Both the position numbers and the translations under genes were made by a program. The notes under the pieces were generated by a model. The model was not told the origin of the DNA and searched no databases. It saw only the letters and a program-made list of their open reading frames with translations. Of a stretch of DNA of 64,000 nt, positions 1 through 11,291 are shown piece after piece. Numbering within the stretch: position 1 is the first letter of the stretch; the number at the start of each line of letters is the position of its first letter. Source of the DNA: a virus (lineage: Duplodnaviria; Caudoviricetes). Location of the stretch: positions 96,001 to 160,000 of the IMG/VR virus record IMGVR_UViG_3300033073_001153; one strand, given 5' to 3'.

Positions 1-170
1 TTTCTGATGACCAGCTCAAATTTAGTTCCGTCTTGCATTACGACCAGATTGCAGTCTCGAAGAGTATCAACAAATGCGACATCTTGGTACACCTCGTCCA
101 AAGTGTTTTTCCGGATACGAGCTTCCATGAGCATGTCGCCAATGAGTTCGAGCAGTTCTTGTTTTTTCAT
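1..170 (-). CDS. hypothetical protein, truncated by window edge (MKKQELLELIGDMLMEARIR...)
   Basis: Open frame from ATG at 170, downstream of the sigma28-like promoter at 230-256; not in the ORF track. Confidence 0.6.
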   Translation of the reverse strand, partial: MKKQELLELIGDMLMEARIRKNTLDEVYQDVAFVDTLRDCNLVVMQDGTKFELVIR

Positions 171-268
171 AATGTTATGTGTTTTTTTCTGAGTGTGAAC
201 CGGAAGGACTGGAACCTTCCGGTATATTGTAGTCGGTTTTCTGTAAGGAAACTTTAGGAATTTTTTGG

Positions 269-451
269 TTATCTTTCGACTTCAATTTCCACGGATTCAA
301 TCACGTTCGGAAATGCGGTTTCCAAGTCGCGAATGGTCTGGAGATGTGCTTCCCAATCATGCACGGTGGATTCGTACTGATTGTAACTTTGGAGTGCGCC
401 TACCAGATCGGCATAAGCACATTTAATGGCAATGAGTTGTTCGGAGTTCAT
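269..451 (-). CDS. hypothetical protein
   Basis: ORF track; directly downstream of promoter 490-517. Confidence 0.7.
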   Translation of the reverse strand: MNSEQLIAIKCAYADLVGALQSYNQYESTVHDWEAHLQTIRDLETAFPNVIESVEIEVER

Positions 452-514
452 ATTAGAGAATAGTGTGTCTTACCCTTTTGGTACTATAGTATTCGGAACT
501 TTACGGGAATCCCT

Positions 515-706
515 TTAATCTTTTTTTAAGGTTTCGATAGTTTTTTCCAAGTACGCCCGAATTTCTGGAACATATGACAAATCTTTCAAGATACCACGAA
601 GGTATCCAATCACATAAGACTCCCAAAATTCCGGCGACTTCTCAATACTCTTTTCTTTCAGAGTGTCAAGCATTTCGTAACAAATATCCAAAGATTTTTT
701 CGGCAT
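515..706 (-). CDS. hypothetical protein (leaderless)
   Basis: ATG 7 nt downstream of the -10 box at 713-720. Confidence 0.7.
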   Translation of the reverse strand: MPKKSLDICYEMLDTLKEKSIEKSPEFWESYVIGYLRGILKDLSYVPEIRAYLEKTIETLKKD

Positions 707-748
707 ACCCAGTAGTCGGCATTTGTATTAAATATCTTTAGGAAAAAA

Positions 749-1024
749 TTAGGAAATATACTTCTTGACAATTCCCATTGTTAGCTTTCCTTGCATTATT
801 CCAAATTCGCTGGAATAAATTTTTCTGAGCCATTGTCTAGCTTCTGGACAAGGCAAGCCCCTTTCTTTATTGACATTTTCGTTATATGACGGAGCGTTTT
901 TAACTCCGCCCCCCTGAGACAAGTTAAATGCATTAAGATTCTTTTGCGTAATTGTAAAAGTCACAATAGCAGGTGTGCCACTAATCTGAGCTTCAAGGTT
1001 GGATTTGACAAGAGTAACTTTCAT
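749..1024 (-). CDS. hypothetical protein (start revised to MKVTLVK)
   Basis: Promoter 1070-1097 lies inside the longer ORF call, so ATG 1024 is the likely start. Confidence 0.6.
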   Translation of the reverse strand: MKVTLVKSNLEAQISGTPAIVTFTITQKNLNAFNLSQGGGVKNAPSYNENVNKERGLPCPEARQWLRKIYSSEFGIMQGKLTMGIVKKYIS

Positions 1025-1419
1025 GATTTTTAGAGGTTCGAGAGAAGCACTGTGCTCCGCCGTGTCTACTAATAGGCATTCCCCTTCTCCCACTTTAGGA
1101 AAAACTGAAAATCTTTTTTCTTTAGCTCTTTTTTTATTTTTCTTTTTTCTTGTACTAATAGAGGATTGTCATTAACCTAGAGGTAGGGGGGAGGGTCTAT
1201 CCCAAAATCAAAAAAGAAAAAAAGTACAAAAAAGTGCTTGTACTAATAGAGAATCCTATATAACCTATCGGTGGAGGGAGGGTCTGTCTCGAAACAAGAG
1301 AAACCCCACATGCACAAAACGCATAATACACTATACGCATAAAAACATATGCTATTCGTGTATATACAAAATACACATAAAGCAAAATACAGTATACACA
1401 AAAAACATAAAGACTAGAA

Positions 1420-1474
1420 GATCCTCTACTCTCCCGTGTTCCATGTGGAACATAACCCAGAAGAGTAGAGGATC
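1420..1474. terminator. long inverted repeat GATCCTCTACTCT...AGAGTAGAGGATC
   Basis: 13-bp arms downstream of ORF 1510-1776. Confidence 0.5.
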
Positions 1475-1509
1475 ACCAAAAAACGGGGAGTCACTCCGTC
1501 AAATTCCGT

Positions 1510-1776
1510 TTACTCCCCAGTCCATACAGTAGTTCCCACTCGAATAGAATTTATTTGTTCCCGTACAAACGTCTTATAACCCTTATTAGTCGCAGTAACA
1601 CTATAAACCGTAACACTGTCCGGCACAAAATACTTCTCACCCCCACGCAAATGCTTCTTCACCCCCAACCTACATGTATAATTCTTCGTCTCACCCTTCT
1701 TGTTAGTATACGAAATCGCAAAAAACTTTCCCTTCGTCGCCTTAATAATATTCAATGGATCAATCGTGTTATTCAT
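1510..1776 (-). CDS. conserved-looking phage hypothetical protein
   Basis: ORF track; promoter 1808-1834 upstream. Confidence 0.75.
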   Translation of the reverse strand: MNNTIDPLNIIKATKGKFFAISYTNKKGETKNYTCRLGVKKHLRGGEKYFVPDSVTVYSVTATNKGYKTFVREQINSIRVGTTVWTGE

Positions 1777-2878
1777 AATATCTATTTGTTAATTACTGAC
1801 ACTAACTATATCGGCAGATTCTACTAAAACTTTAGCAATTTTTTACAGATAAATCTCTGGAGCGGATGCCTAGCACTTGTGGACGTAAGCGAGACTTGTA
1901 GAGGAGAACGAAACTTTTTTCACAAAGTCACGACTTTATTATATTTAAAAGTTTATAGTATACATTCGAATATACAAATGAATATAACATGTATTCATCT
2001 TTTTAGTCCTAGAGAGGGCATTTCAAATTATTGTAAAACTCTTCCTCAATCTTCCGCAACTCATTCATCTTAGCCACATACTCCTCGTCCGTAATAAGCT
2101 CACTCATGTAACTCCGGTCAATACGGTCAATCTGATTTTCAATGTAAATCTCAAACATCATTTCATTCATATCTTCTAATCGGTATTTTTTAGAGGTTCC
2201 TTTAATTTTTTGTTCGGAAAATTTAACGCTACTCTGAAAATCATCTTTTTTTTCCTAGACGGAGCATTTTTTGTAATACAGAATTTTAGGATTGACAATA
2301 GAAGAAAAATATTTTTTGGAGGGGTCGGGCTTTATAAAAGTCCAATATAATATTTAGTTTAAAATCTTCAGTATTGCAAGCCTTTTGTGAAAAAAGTTTG
2401 TGTCGGATTTTCAGAGTAAAATAGTGTCTATAAAAATTCAATAAAAAAAGACAATCATTAGTAAAGTTTTTTTGTATTGAACACATGTTCTGAGACTTTA
2501 TGTCGCACTATATGATAATAAAAAATGTCACAAAGTGGGGCAAAATGGGTTAAAGTGGGGCGGTTTTTTGTAGTAAGTGTATGGATTTATACAATAACCA
2601 GACTTATTATTAATACTAATAGAGGATTGTATATTAGTTGATAATGTTTACTATTAATAGGCTTTAGTAATTACTGGATCTTTGGCATGTCGTCTGATCT
2701 TTCGTGTGTCTGGTTGTTATTACTAGATAATCTTTTATGCAAAATTCTCAGGAGATACATCACTTTTTAATACATGAGTTCTTTGCCATTCTTTCACTCG
2801 TTTATGATATTCATCGTCTATTCGATACAATTCAGTTTTATACATATCGTATAAACTATTCTGTTTTCCGGCATGATG

Positions 2879-3376
2879 CTAAAATTGTGAGAGTACTCTA
2901 TTAACAAATTTTTCTTTTTGTTTTAAATCATTCCATTCTGGATAAGGCTCGCTGAGTCTGGGATGTTCGTCCATGAAATATTCTTCTAAATCTGGATGAT
3001 AAACATCACTTGGCTGTAATCTTGCTAATACTCGTATAGTGTCTTTTTGCAAGAGAGGTTCGCCGTCTGTGCCGTAACCTATTTCTTTGCCTTTTAATAG
3101 ATAAATGGGTCTTTCTGCCACGTCGATTAAAGTAACAACTTGATCATGATCCGCATCTTCTACGAACCATCTTTGATAATCCGGCCACCACTTTGCCCAG
3201 AAACACGAAATTCCCTTTTCGTACAAAGGCTCGTTTCCTTTTCCCACAATAGAATGACCGATTTTAGAAAACTTTCCCTCTGGGACATTGCCGAATCTTA
3301 TGTAGAACTGATCTTGTTCTGTGTTTTCTTTTAAAGTTTTTGTATAACTCTCCCAGATCATTTGTTCATCGTTCAT
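2879..3376 (-). CDS. MNDEQMIWESY-tag protein, unknown cargo domain
   Basis: N-terminal tag; TAAATA at 3382-3387. Confidence 0.8.
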   Translation of the reverse strand: MNDEQMIWESYTKTLKENTEQDQFYIRFGNVPEGKFSKIGHSIVGKGNEPLYEKGISCFWAKWWPDYQRWFVEDADHDQVVTLIDVAERPIYLLKGKEIGYGTDGEPLLQKDTIRVLARLQPSDVYHPDLEEYFMDEHPRLSEPYPEWNDLKQKEKFVNRVLSQF

Positions 3377-4271
3377 TTTAGTATTTAACAGTACGCTCGG
3401 ATCTTTAATATATCCAAGGGTTTTTAATGATTAGTAGTTACTAATAGAGGATTGTATATTAATTAGTAATCTTTATTACTTTTAGTTCCTTGACATCTTT
3501 TTCTCCCTACACGGAGCATTTATTCGTAGTATCGCTTTCTCGCTCGCTTGCTTGGTATCCTGTATTAAACCCTTCTGTATATGAATTCAAATGTCTTGTT
3601 TTATCCCAAAGATTAAACTCTCTTAATGACCAATGACCTGTTTTGACCCATTGGTACGCTTGATTAACCGAAATGTTTAGTATTTCTTCTTTTGTATTAT
3701 AAGAATCAATATTCATATTACTTAACATAATAATCTTTTGACATTAATTCACAGATGAACCAATTCTCAGTCTTAATGATTCGCTTAATTATCCTGAGAT
3801 TAATAGGACATCCCCATCGACCTTCTTTGGCAATCTCTCTAGCTTTCATTTTAGCACTAGCTTCGTCCTTAAAATGATAAGGTTCTCCGCTAAGAGTCTC
3901 ATGCAATTCATCCCATTTGTAGGTCATTTCTTCTGTCTTGTGATCGACATAACCTGCATGAAATTCGATTGTGTAATATTGTTCTTCTTTATGTATCATA
4001 AAACATCGAGCATTTATGTCATTACAGTATGAGTAGTCACTACATCTTCTTTTACTACTATATAGTTATGTGGTGGTCTGGATTTCCATTCCATCATACC
4101 AACACGATCTCTCAGCCTTACCATGTCAGTCTGTGCCTCTTCCAGAGTATTGTGTGGTAATGAAGTCCAATTACCAATCAAATTTTTAACTTTATAAATT
4201 GTTTTTGTGGTAGTCGTGTTCATGTCATTACTATCTCACATTAGTTTCTTTTTGTCTACATCTTTCGCTCC

Positions 4272-4961
4272 CTACATCTTATAATATTTTGTCTGCAATT
4301 CAATCAATGTTCGTAGTTCTTTCATAGTTCTATAATGAACTAGATCTTTCTTTTGTTCATCAAGTGGCAGATCTTGATAGGGCACATGAAGATGCTGATT
4401 GTAATCAGCTTTTGGATTACGCTGCATCCACTTTGTGTGGATATAATCTGCGCCTTTTTCTTCGTCATCAGGGAAAATGATTATAGCCTCAAAAGCAGCA
4501 AGAGCAGCACATTCGTTTTCTTTTCTCCACATGGTATCTAATTCTGAAAAAGGAACATTGATATCCACATCTTGATCTTCTTTGTTCTTTTTGATCCTTG
4601 GAACACTTTGGCCGTTGTTGGATTTGATCCAACTATTCCTCCATTCTTCATGGATATCCGAAGCAAATTTTTCCAAAATAGTATTTGTTTTTCCATCATG
4701 GAGCATATCAGTTTGTTCTACGACATTGTATTCCATGCCAGTATTACTTAGCATTTCTTGATCATACACAAAAAACAAAGGCTTACCATAAACTTTGGAA
4801 ATCCCCATCATAATAATTCCAACTCTTTTCTTGAGATTATTAACCATAATATCATATTGTTTAAGTGATTCTTCGGGATTAGTAGAAGACGTAATTCCTT
4901 CTCCATTGAAGTTATTAATAAGGAAATCTTTGATAAGTTTGGGATGGATTGTAATAAACAT
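4272..4961 (-). CDS. RyR-domain-like phage protein
   Basis: Two repeats of IH..W...VP(F/Y)..L....(K/R)K(E/D), the RyR repeat pattern. Confidence 0.55.
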   Translation of the reverse strand: MFITIHPKLIKDFLINNFNGEGITSSTNPEESLKQYDIMVNNLKKRVGIIMMGISKVYGKPLFFVYDQEMLSNTGMEYNVVEQTDMLHDGKTNTILEKFASDIHEEWRNSWIKSNNGQSVPRIKKNKEDQDVDINVPFSELDTMWRKENECAALAAFEAIIIFPDDEEKGADYIHTKWMQRNPKADYNQHLHVPYQDLPLDEQKKDLVHYRTMKELRTLIELQTKYYKM

Positions 4962-5072
4962 ATAATGATGTTATTGGATATTTTTGATAGTTTGTGTGTT
5001 GGTGTCTACACATTCTCACACTGGTTTCGGTCTGTCTACATCTTTTTCTCCCTACACGGAGCAGTTTTTTAT

Positions 5073-5465
5073 TTAATCTAAATGCAAATACATCTTCACC
5101 AATTCATCAGCAGTACAATAACTGTGGTGAGTGCGAACTTTAAGCGTTTTAATATTCCAATTTGGGATATCCCAAAAAGATACTTCAGGGCCGATTAATA
5201 ATTTTCTTGTATAGATTACCGCTATTGTTTCGTCAGCAAATTTCAAATTCCATTTACAAACAGGCTTTATTTTGGTTTGTTTATCTGTTTTGAAACAAGG
5301 CTCCCCAAAAGCTTTAACCATGTGTTCGTATCTATGGCTAAATGAAGCGCACCATATTATATCTTTATTAGATTCTGATACATTAATGTCTGGAACCCTA
5401 AGAGGCTTTACAAAATTACCAGTTTCTTTATCAATGAATTTTTTAAAATCTTCGTCACTTATCAT
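5073..5465 (-). CDS. hypothetical protein, paralog of 11292-11582
   Basis: Shared FG(E/Q)P...W.LKF...T(I/V)A.IY...W.I pattern. Confidence 0.7.
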   Translation of the reverse strand: MISDEDFKKFIDKETGNFVKPLRVPDINVSESNKDIIWCASFSHRYEHMVKAFGEPCFKTDKQTKIKPVCKWNLKFADETIAVIYTRKLLIGPEVSFWDIPNWNIKTLKVRTHHSYCTADELVKMYLHLD

Positions 5466-5758
5466 ATGTTTATTGGCTTAAATCATGTTTTCTCTTTACA
5501 CGGAGCATTTAGTTAATCTGCCAAACGTACCAAATGTTACCAACTTGTTGAGCGACTCCACCGTTGATTAGAGTCTTGATGAATTCGTTTGCGTTTTCTT
5601 CACAAACAAATGAGCCGCGATAGGTGAGTTTAGGATTATTCATATCTAGTAGTCGGCAGGTTCGGTCGTCGGGTTTAGGAAAATTTTTAAAAATTTTGTT
5701 AGACTGTACGTCGAACTTTTTTAATGATTAGTTGTTATTAATAGAGGATTGTATATTA

Positions 5759-6196
5759 TTAAAGTTCGTAGTTTATTCTTCTGCTTGTGGGAGTCCAGCC
5801 TTTTCGATCTGTGAGTGTTAATTCAACAGGTTCTATTTTTTTTACGTTTAGTAACGGATAGCCGTACTTTACTTTGTCTTTCTTTATGTAGAATTTACTG
5901 TTTTTATCAACTAAATGTTTATCGTAATCTTTATCGAATTCTTCTTCGTTGTGGTAGATTACGGGTTCGCCAATGATTGCGGAACCCACTAGATATGATT
6001 TAGCTGGCTTACTTTTAGATGTACCAGTTTTAATGATACCCACACGTTTACCGATATATTGGTTTAGAGTGGGTTTGAATTTGGTTTCTATTGTTTTCTC
6101 GCCGCGAATGATCTGTCCGGTGAAGTCTTGGAGTTTATCATTAATATGTATACCCATATTTTGATAACTCTCCCAGATCAGTTCATTGTCATTCAT
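5759..6196 (-). CDS. MNDNELIWESY-tag protein with ASCH-like domain
   Basis: IIRGEKTIETK matches the ASCH GxKxxExR-type motif; TAAATA at 6203-6208. Confidence 0.7.
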   Translation of the reverse strand: MNDNELIWESYQNMGIHINDKLQDFTGQIIRGEKTIETKFKPTLNQYIGKRVGIIKTGTSKSKPAKSYLVGSAIIGEPVIYHNEEEFDKDYDKHLVDKNSKFYIKKDKVKYGYPLLNVKKIEPVELTLTDRKGWTPTSRRINYEL

Positions 6197-6236
6197 GATT
6201 ATTATTTAACTATCTTTTTCTCACTACATGGAGCAG

Positions 6237-6710
6237 TTAGATATCCGCATTCATTATATTTTCTACACCATTTTTTGTGTGTTCATCACTAGTATCCTTC
6301 CCAAGACAATACTTATCAATTAAGGATGTTGCATGATCTTCAGTTAAACCTAGCTTTTGTAATCTATCTAATAAATCATAATAAAGATTGTTGGTTAGGT
6401 TTTCATGCGTCTCCCAAACTCTGTCTTCAAAATTATCCACTGTTATGTCTTCTGTGTCTCTTGATCTTTGTAGATATTCATCTCGAAAGATACGAGCATC
6501 ATTCTCTTCTTGTGGTGTAATTGGTTGTCCTTTTTCCGAGTAATCTCTTCTATCAACATTAAATGTTTTTTCATAAAATGAAAAGTAATTCCAAACCATT
6601 CTTTTATAACCTCTAAAACCTTCCAATGTATCAATCAGTTCTTGTTTAATGGGACTGATTTGAACTTTTTGTTTTTTGTATGCCTCCCAGATCAGTTGTT
6701 CATCATTCAT
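6237..6710 (-). CDS. MNDEQLIWEAY-tag protein
   Basis: N-terminal tag; TAAATA at 6717-6722. Confidence 0.8.
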   Translation of the reverse strand: MNDEQLIWEAYKKQKVQISPIKQELIDTLEGFRGYKRMVWNYFSFYEKTFNVDRRDYSEKGQPITPQEENDARIFRDEYLQRSRDTEDITVDNFEDRVWETHENLTNNLYYDLLDRLQKLGLTEDHATSLIDKYCLGKDTSDEHTKNGVENIMNADI

Positions 6711-7557
6711 AATTACTATTTAATCACTTATTCAATATTATAAGAAGGAATACCTTTCCATTGAGACAATACTTCTGCTTCTATTTCGGCTTTTGCTAGA
6801 TTTTCTGGATGATGAATATCTTCGTAATTGTTGACCGCTTTCATCAGATCATTCAGTTCCCATGCCAGATCAATATTTATGGGCTGAATTTCGGGGTTCA
6901 GAAGTTCTTTGATACGGTTCTTGGCTGTGTTGTATTGGTCGGTGGTCATATTTTAGAAGCGTTCGTTTTGATCGGCACAGGCGTTGCAGATTACATAATT
7001 CCGGCGCAAGAATACACGTTCTTCGCACTGTTTACAAGTTTTCCATTCAGAGTCTTTCTGAACTTGATGATAGAAATCGACCATTTCGGGATCGTCCATG
7101 CCTTCCCATGTGCCAAAGTTGTCGTCGTAATATCCGCTCATAGTGTTCGAGGTTTTTTGTTGTTCCTTAACGTGTATCTAGTAATCGGAAGAATTTCTGG
7201 AAACTTTAGGAAAAAATTAATCTTCCATTTTTTGGATAGTGAGCTGATTCACCACTCGCTGGTCAATCAAAAAACGCACCGCTTTGGGGTTTCCGAAATA
7301 TTGTGCGTCTGCGAGAATGTTCATGCAGATGCGTGAACCAAGTTCCCATGCGCGATCCATGTTGGGTTCTTCGCTAGTGTGGTAAACCGTCCAGTTTTTG
7401 TAGGGTTCGGAGTTGTTGAGGGGCAGATAGTCAGGCGACTCGATTTCGACTTGTAGGAGGTGTGTATTTTTGGTCATGACTATATATCGGCAGGTTCGGT
7501 CGTCGGGTTTAGGAATTTTTTAAAAAAATTTTCTTTCGACTCTAGATCGGGGAGCAT

Positions 7558-7821
7558 TTAAATTCCATATTTGATCTTTGCCAGAAACCATTTCTTTTTG
7601 TTTTTGATCTTTATTCTTGACATAGAAACGTGTTCTAGTCCACAAGATTTAAGAAATCTATCCCAATTTTTGGGCGTTGAATCATAATTATGATCTTTAC
7701 AGTGTTTATCATAATGGGGAATTAGCTGATATATAACAGGAGGAGAGGTCACCGGATCAAAATGACGGCCATCGTAATGTTGTTGCAGCATTTGGTGCTG
7801 TTTGTAATACTCAGATTCCAT
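7558..7821 (-). CDS. small protein, C-terminal LAKIKYGI family
   Basis: Ends KKKWFLAKIKYGI. Confidence 0.75.
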   Translation of the reverse strand: MESEYYKQHQMLQQHYDGRHFDPVTSPPVIYQLIPHYDKHCKDHNYDSTPKNWDRFLKSCGLEHVSMSRIKIKNKKKWFLAKIKYGI

Positions 7822-8014
7822 ATTTGATCTTAGCTAACATCCACTTATTTCTATCACGAATCACTAATTCTGTATACCAAATACCGTCGGTTTTTCGTTC
7901 TTTTGTGCGTTTGGCTCCGTGATGCCACAAAAACCTTTTCACTGTCACTCCTTTGATATTCGAAGAATATGCGGCTTCTGATAACTCAAAGGTTTTAACT
8001 ACATCAGATTCCAT
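7811..8014 (-). CDS. small protein, C-terminal LAKIKYGI family
   Basis: Ends RNKWMLAKIKYGI; overlaps next start by 11 nt. Confidence 0.75.
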   Translation of the reverse strand: MESDVVKTFELSEAAYSSNIKGVTVKRFLWHHGAKRTKERKTDGIWYTELVIRDRNKWMLAKIKYGI

Positions 8015-9274
8015 TATAAATGGATTTTATAATATTTTAGCATTTACAAACCGGATGAATATCGTATCGGTTTTCTAGAAAACGCATTCTTTTGGAATAT
8101 TCCTCTCGTTCAATTCCCCGTACACCCTCGATAGCTTCGAATACCGTTTCTTCGAATCTCGTTTCTTTGAGTTCGGGAAACTTTTCGGTGATTCTCAAAA
8201 ATACTCGGCAAGCGAATTCATTGTCGCACATAAAATATTACCTGACTGTTCCGCAAGTACAATCGTTACTGCCGCAGAGTTTATTTTTGATTCTATTCAT
8301 CAAACCTTTGGCAGACTTGTTATCTCCATACAGGTCATTTGAATCAGATGCACGGAATTGAATGTACCACCAAGTCAAATCTTGGTTCTCCGGAACCATG
8401 TAGCTTTTGTATCTGACACGAATTTTCGTGTTGTGGAAGCTGTTTCTGAGTTCGACTGTTTTAGGTGTTTTCATAAAACTTTTAGTTAAATACTACCAGT
8501 TCAAATAAGCCTTGCCATAGACTCCAACAGGTTGACCGTCATGCCGAAAAACTGCAATCTGAAAATTTTCGTTTCGGTCGTTCCAAGTTTCTAGGTTTTT
8601 GCTATCTTCGTCCGAAACAAACATCATGGTGTTTCCAGAACTAAACTGTTCACGGAAGGCTGTAAAAGCCACACTAGGAACCGTGGACAGCAAATTCTTC
8701 ACATCTGCTCCAAGATCAGCGAGCGATTCGGCAGTGTCCAAAACCGTGTTGAACTTCAAATCGCTTTTAATCATTTCAAGCATAGAGGTGAGATAAGTGT
8801 TGGCGGCGTCGTCAGAGTTGAGGATGATCGTGTGCATTTTTGGATTTTTGGTTGGTTGTTGGTTTAACTAGCGTATCTATATATCGGCAGATCTCGGAGA
8901 AACTTTAAGTTTTTTAGGAAATTTTTCCATTACGAAAATAATCGTAACTCCTACCTAACAAATCATACGATTCTGTGAAAGAACATTCGGGAAACACAAT
9001 TCCGTCAATGTTCCAAATGAATCGAAATTCATTCTTTGCCTGTGGATCATATGAATCTAAAATGTTTCGGATGTTGGTGAAACTGTCCATCGTTGAAGTA
9101 TACCCATAGGTTGTTTCCCAATAGTAAACTCCTCCGTTTTTGTGCGCCTCCTCAAACGAGGAGTACTGAGAGGTGCGATAGTAAGAGGATCGGTAGATTT
9201 CGCTCATATTTGGATTTTAATGTTTCGCTGACAACATATATATCGGAAGTTCTGGGGGGAACTTTAGGAATTTT

Positions 9275-9595
9275 TTAACTATAGGAAAGTTTCCGTCCGT
9301 CTGCGAAGTGAACGTGAGCGTAAGGATTTCCTTGACTCTTCCAAGAAGAATGCATCGCAATTAGCCCATCATCTGGAGCATCTTGTGCATCATCCGCGTA
9401 TGCTCTTCTCCAACGGTCTCCGCAGCAATCGCAGTCCGCACCACTACTTACTCCGTCAAAATAGATTCCAATTTCTTGTGCAATAATATTGGCGGCATCG
9501 GCATTAAGTGCTTCGATGACCACGATTTGTGCTACATTTTCGTCCGCATCGTAACTTCCTCCGGAATTGTTCTGATCAAAGTGAAAGAATGGCAT
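9275..9595 (-). CDS. conserved phage protein with QNNSGG and DCxCCGDRW motifs
   Basis: Cys-rich motif typical of large-phage early proteins; promoter 9633-9660. Confidence 0.75.
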   Translation of the reverse strand: MPFFHFDQNNSGGSYDADENVAQIVVIEALNADAANIIAQEIGIYFDGVSSGADCDCCGDRWRRAYADDAQDAPDDGLIAMHSSWKSQGNPYAHVHFADGRKLSYS

Positions 9596-10248
9596 ATTGT
9601 GTTTTTGGTTAGGGATTTTCTACTGTACCTATATATCGGCAGTTTTGAAGAAGACCTTTAAAACTTTTTTTAGTTTTTTGTGGTAGCTGCGCTTTTGTAG
9701 TGCTCTTTTAACGAGTCTTGTAGGTATGTCACAAAATCGGTCGGGAGCGTGTCGGTAATGTCGTCGCATTCCCAGTCCTGAACCCAGAATTTACACGGAA
9801 CTCCACGTTTGTCCAAATTTTCAAAAACATACAACAATTTACGTTCACCGTAGAGGTCTACTTCGAGTTCGGTTACCCGTTCAACAACTGCTCTGAGTAT
9901 CGAGTCAATGATTTTCATTTTTGTTGGTTGGTTTTTGGTGTACTTGTATATCGGTAGTTCTGGGAGGAACTTTAGGAATTTTTTAGTCAAGCGGAAGAAA
10001 TTCTGAACCCATATCAGCGTCGAACCATTCGTCAACAAGTTCTTTCACCAATTTTTGTGGATCTTTTGTGTAGGAAGAAAATTTCATCTCTGAACACTTG
10101 ACCCAGAAAGTTCCGTTTTCTTCCACAATTTTGAAGGATAAAGAGTGCGTTGGCATGTCTATTAGTCGGCAGATTTTGGAGAAACTTTAGGAATTTTTTT
10201 AATCTTCAGTATTATATCATATTTTTATTCAATCTGTAAATATGTCAT

Positions 10249-10890
10249 ATGGCATATTATAGTCCGTATTTTCATAAAACAAAAAATAGATGGGTAATAT
10301 CTTTTCCTGCTGGAATTTTGAATATTAAAAGGACTACAAGATCTTTCAAAACAGAAGAAGAAGCAAAAAAATTCGTATTAGAAATTATACCAGATGCTTA
10401 TGATGTAAAACTAGAAATTGAAAGAGAATGTTTAGATTGTAAACAAATATTACCTGTTGAATATTTTAAAAAAGGTTATAAAAAAATATGCAGATCTTGT
10501 CTTAATAAAAAAAGAAGAATTGATTTAAATGAACGTAGGAAAAATAATATTTGCTCATGTTGTAAAAATATTAGACTGCGTAAATCCGAATTTTGTTACG
10601 AGCACTGGTTTAAGAAAACATCCCAAAGATATTTTGGAAATGGTAATTATACAATTGATTTAATAAATTTATATGAAAAACAAAATCGTAAATGTATTTA
10701 CACTGGAGTAAATCTAATCCCAAATGAAAACATGAGTTTAGATCATATAATTTCAGTACACGATAATAAAGAATTGTATAATAATATAAAAAATGTTCAA
10801 TGGGTACACAAAGACATTAATTTAATGAAGAGCAAATTTTCACATGACAACTTTATCAAGCTATGCAAACATATAGCCAATAGATTCTAA
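10249..10890 (+). CDS. HNH homing endonuclease
   Basis: CIYTG...SLDHIIS...NVQWVHKDINLMK HNH core plus N-terminal CxxC pairs; TAAATA upstream. Confidence 0.85.
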   Translation: MAYYSPYFHKTKNRWVISFPAGILNIKRTTRSFKTEEEAKKFVLEIIPDAYDVKLEIERECLDCKQILPVEYFKKGYKKICRSCLNKKRRIDLNERRKNNICSCCKNIRLRKSEFCYEHWFKKTSQRYFGNGNYTIDLINLYEKQNRKCIYTGVNLIPNENMSLDHIISVHDNKELYNNIKNVQWVHKDINLMKSKFSHDNFIKLCKHIANRF

Positions 10891-10894
10891 AAAT

Positions 10895-10950
10895 CTACAC
10901 TAAACCTGCACACTACACTCAAGCGGTGTAGTGTGCGATATCGGTGTAGT
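10895..10950. terminator. inverted repeat between convergent genes
   Basis: GCACACTACAC / GTGTAGTGTGC arms with outer CTACAC / GTGTAG extension. Confidence 0.55.
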
Positions 10951-11291
10951 GTCAATTCATTTATAGTTCGATTTGTTCTTCCGATGTTACTCTTCTAAAG
11001 ATGGTAATGATCAACTTTGAATCACTCTTCTCTAATTCTTTAGCATATTCTTTGATATATTCTAAAGAATCGCTTTCTTTAGTCAAAGAAAAAAGACCAG
11101 TATGATTTTTTGCAGTAAGAAGATATTTAACTGATATTTCTTTCATTTTAGTGAATAAGTTTATGGTATAAGAAATTTCCTAAAACAACTCCAGTGGTGA
11201 CGATTCCAATCAAATAAAGATGTGATCCGAAAAACAACCAAAACAAAAACAAAAGTGTTAGAGAGAAAAGAATGTTGAGCATATTAATTGA

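Noticed and set aside
6809-7336. 175-aa + strand ORF and many other + strand ORFs overlapping - strand genes
   Set aside because: Antisense shadows of better-supported - strand genes; no promoter and atypical composition
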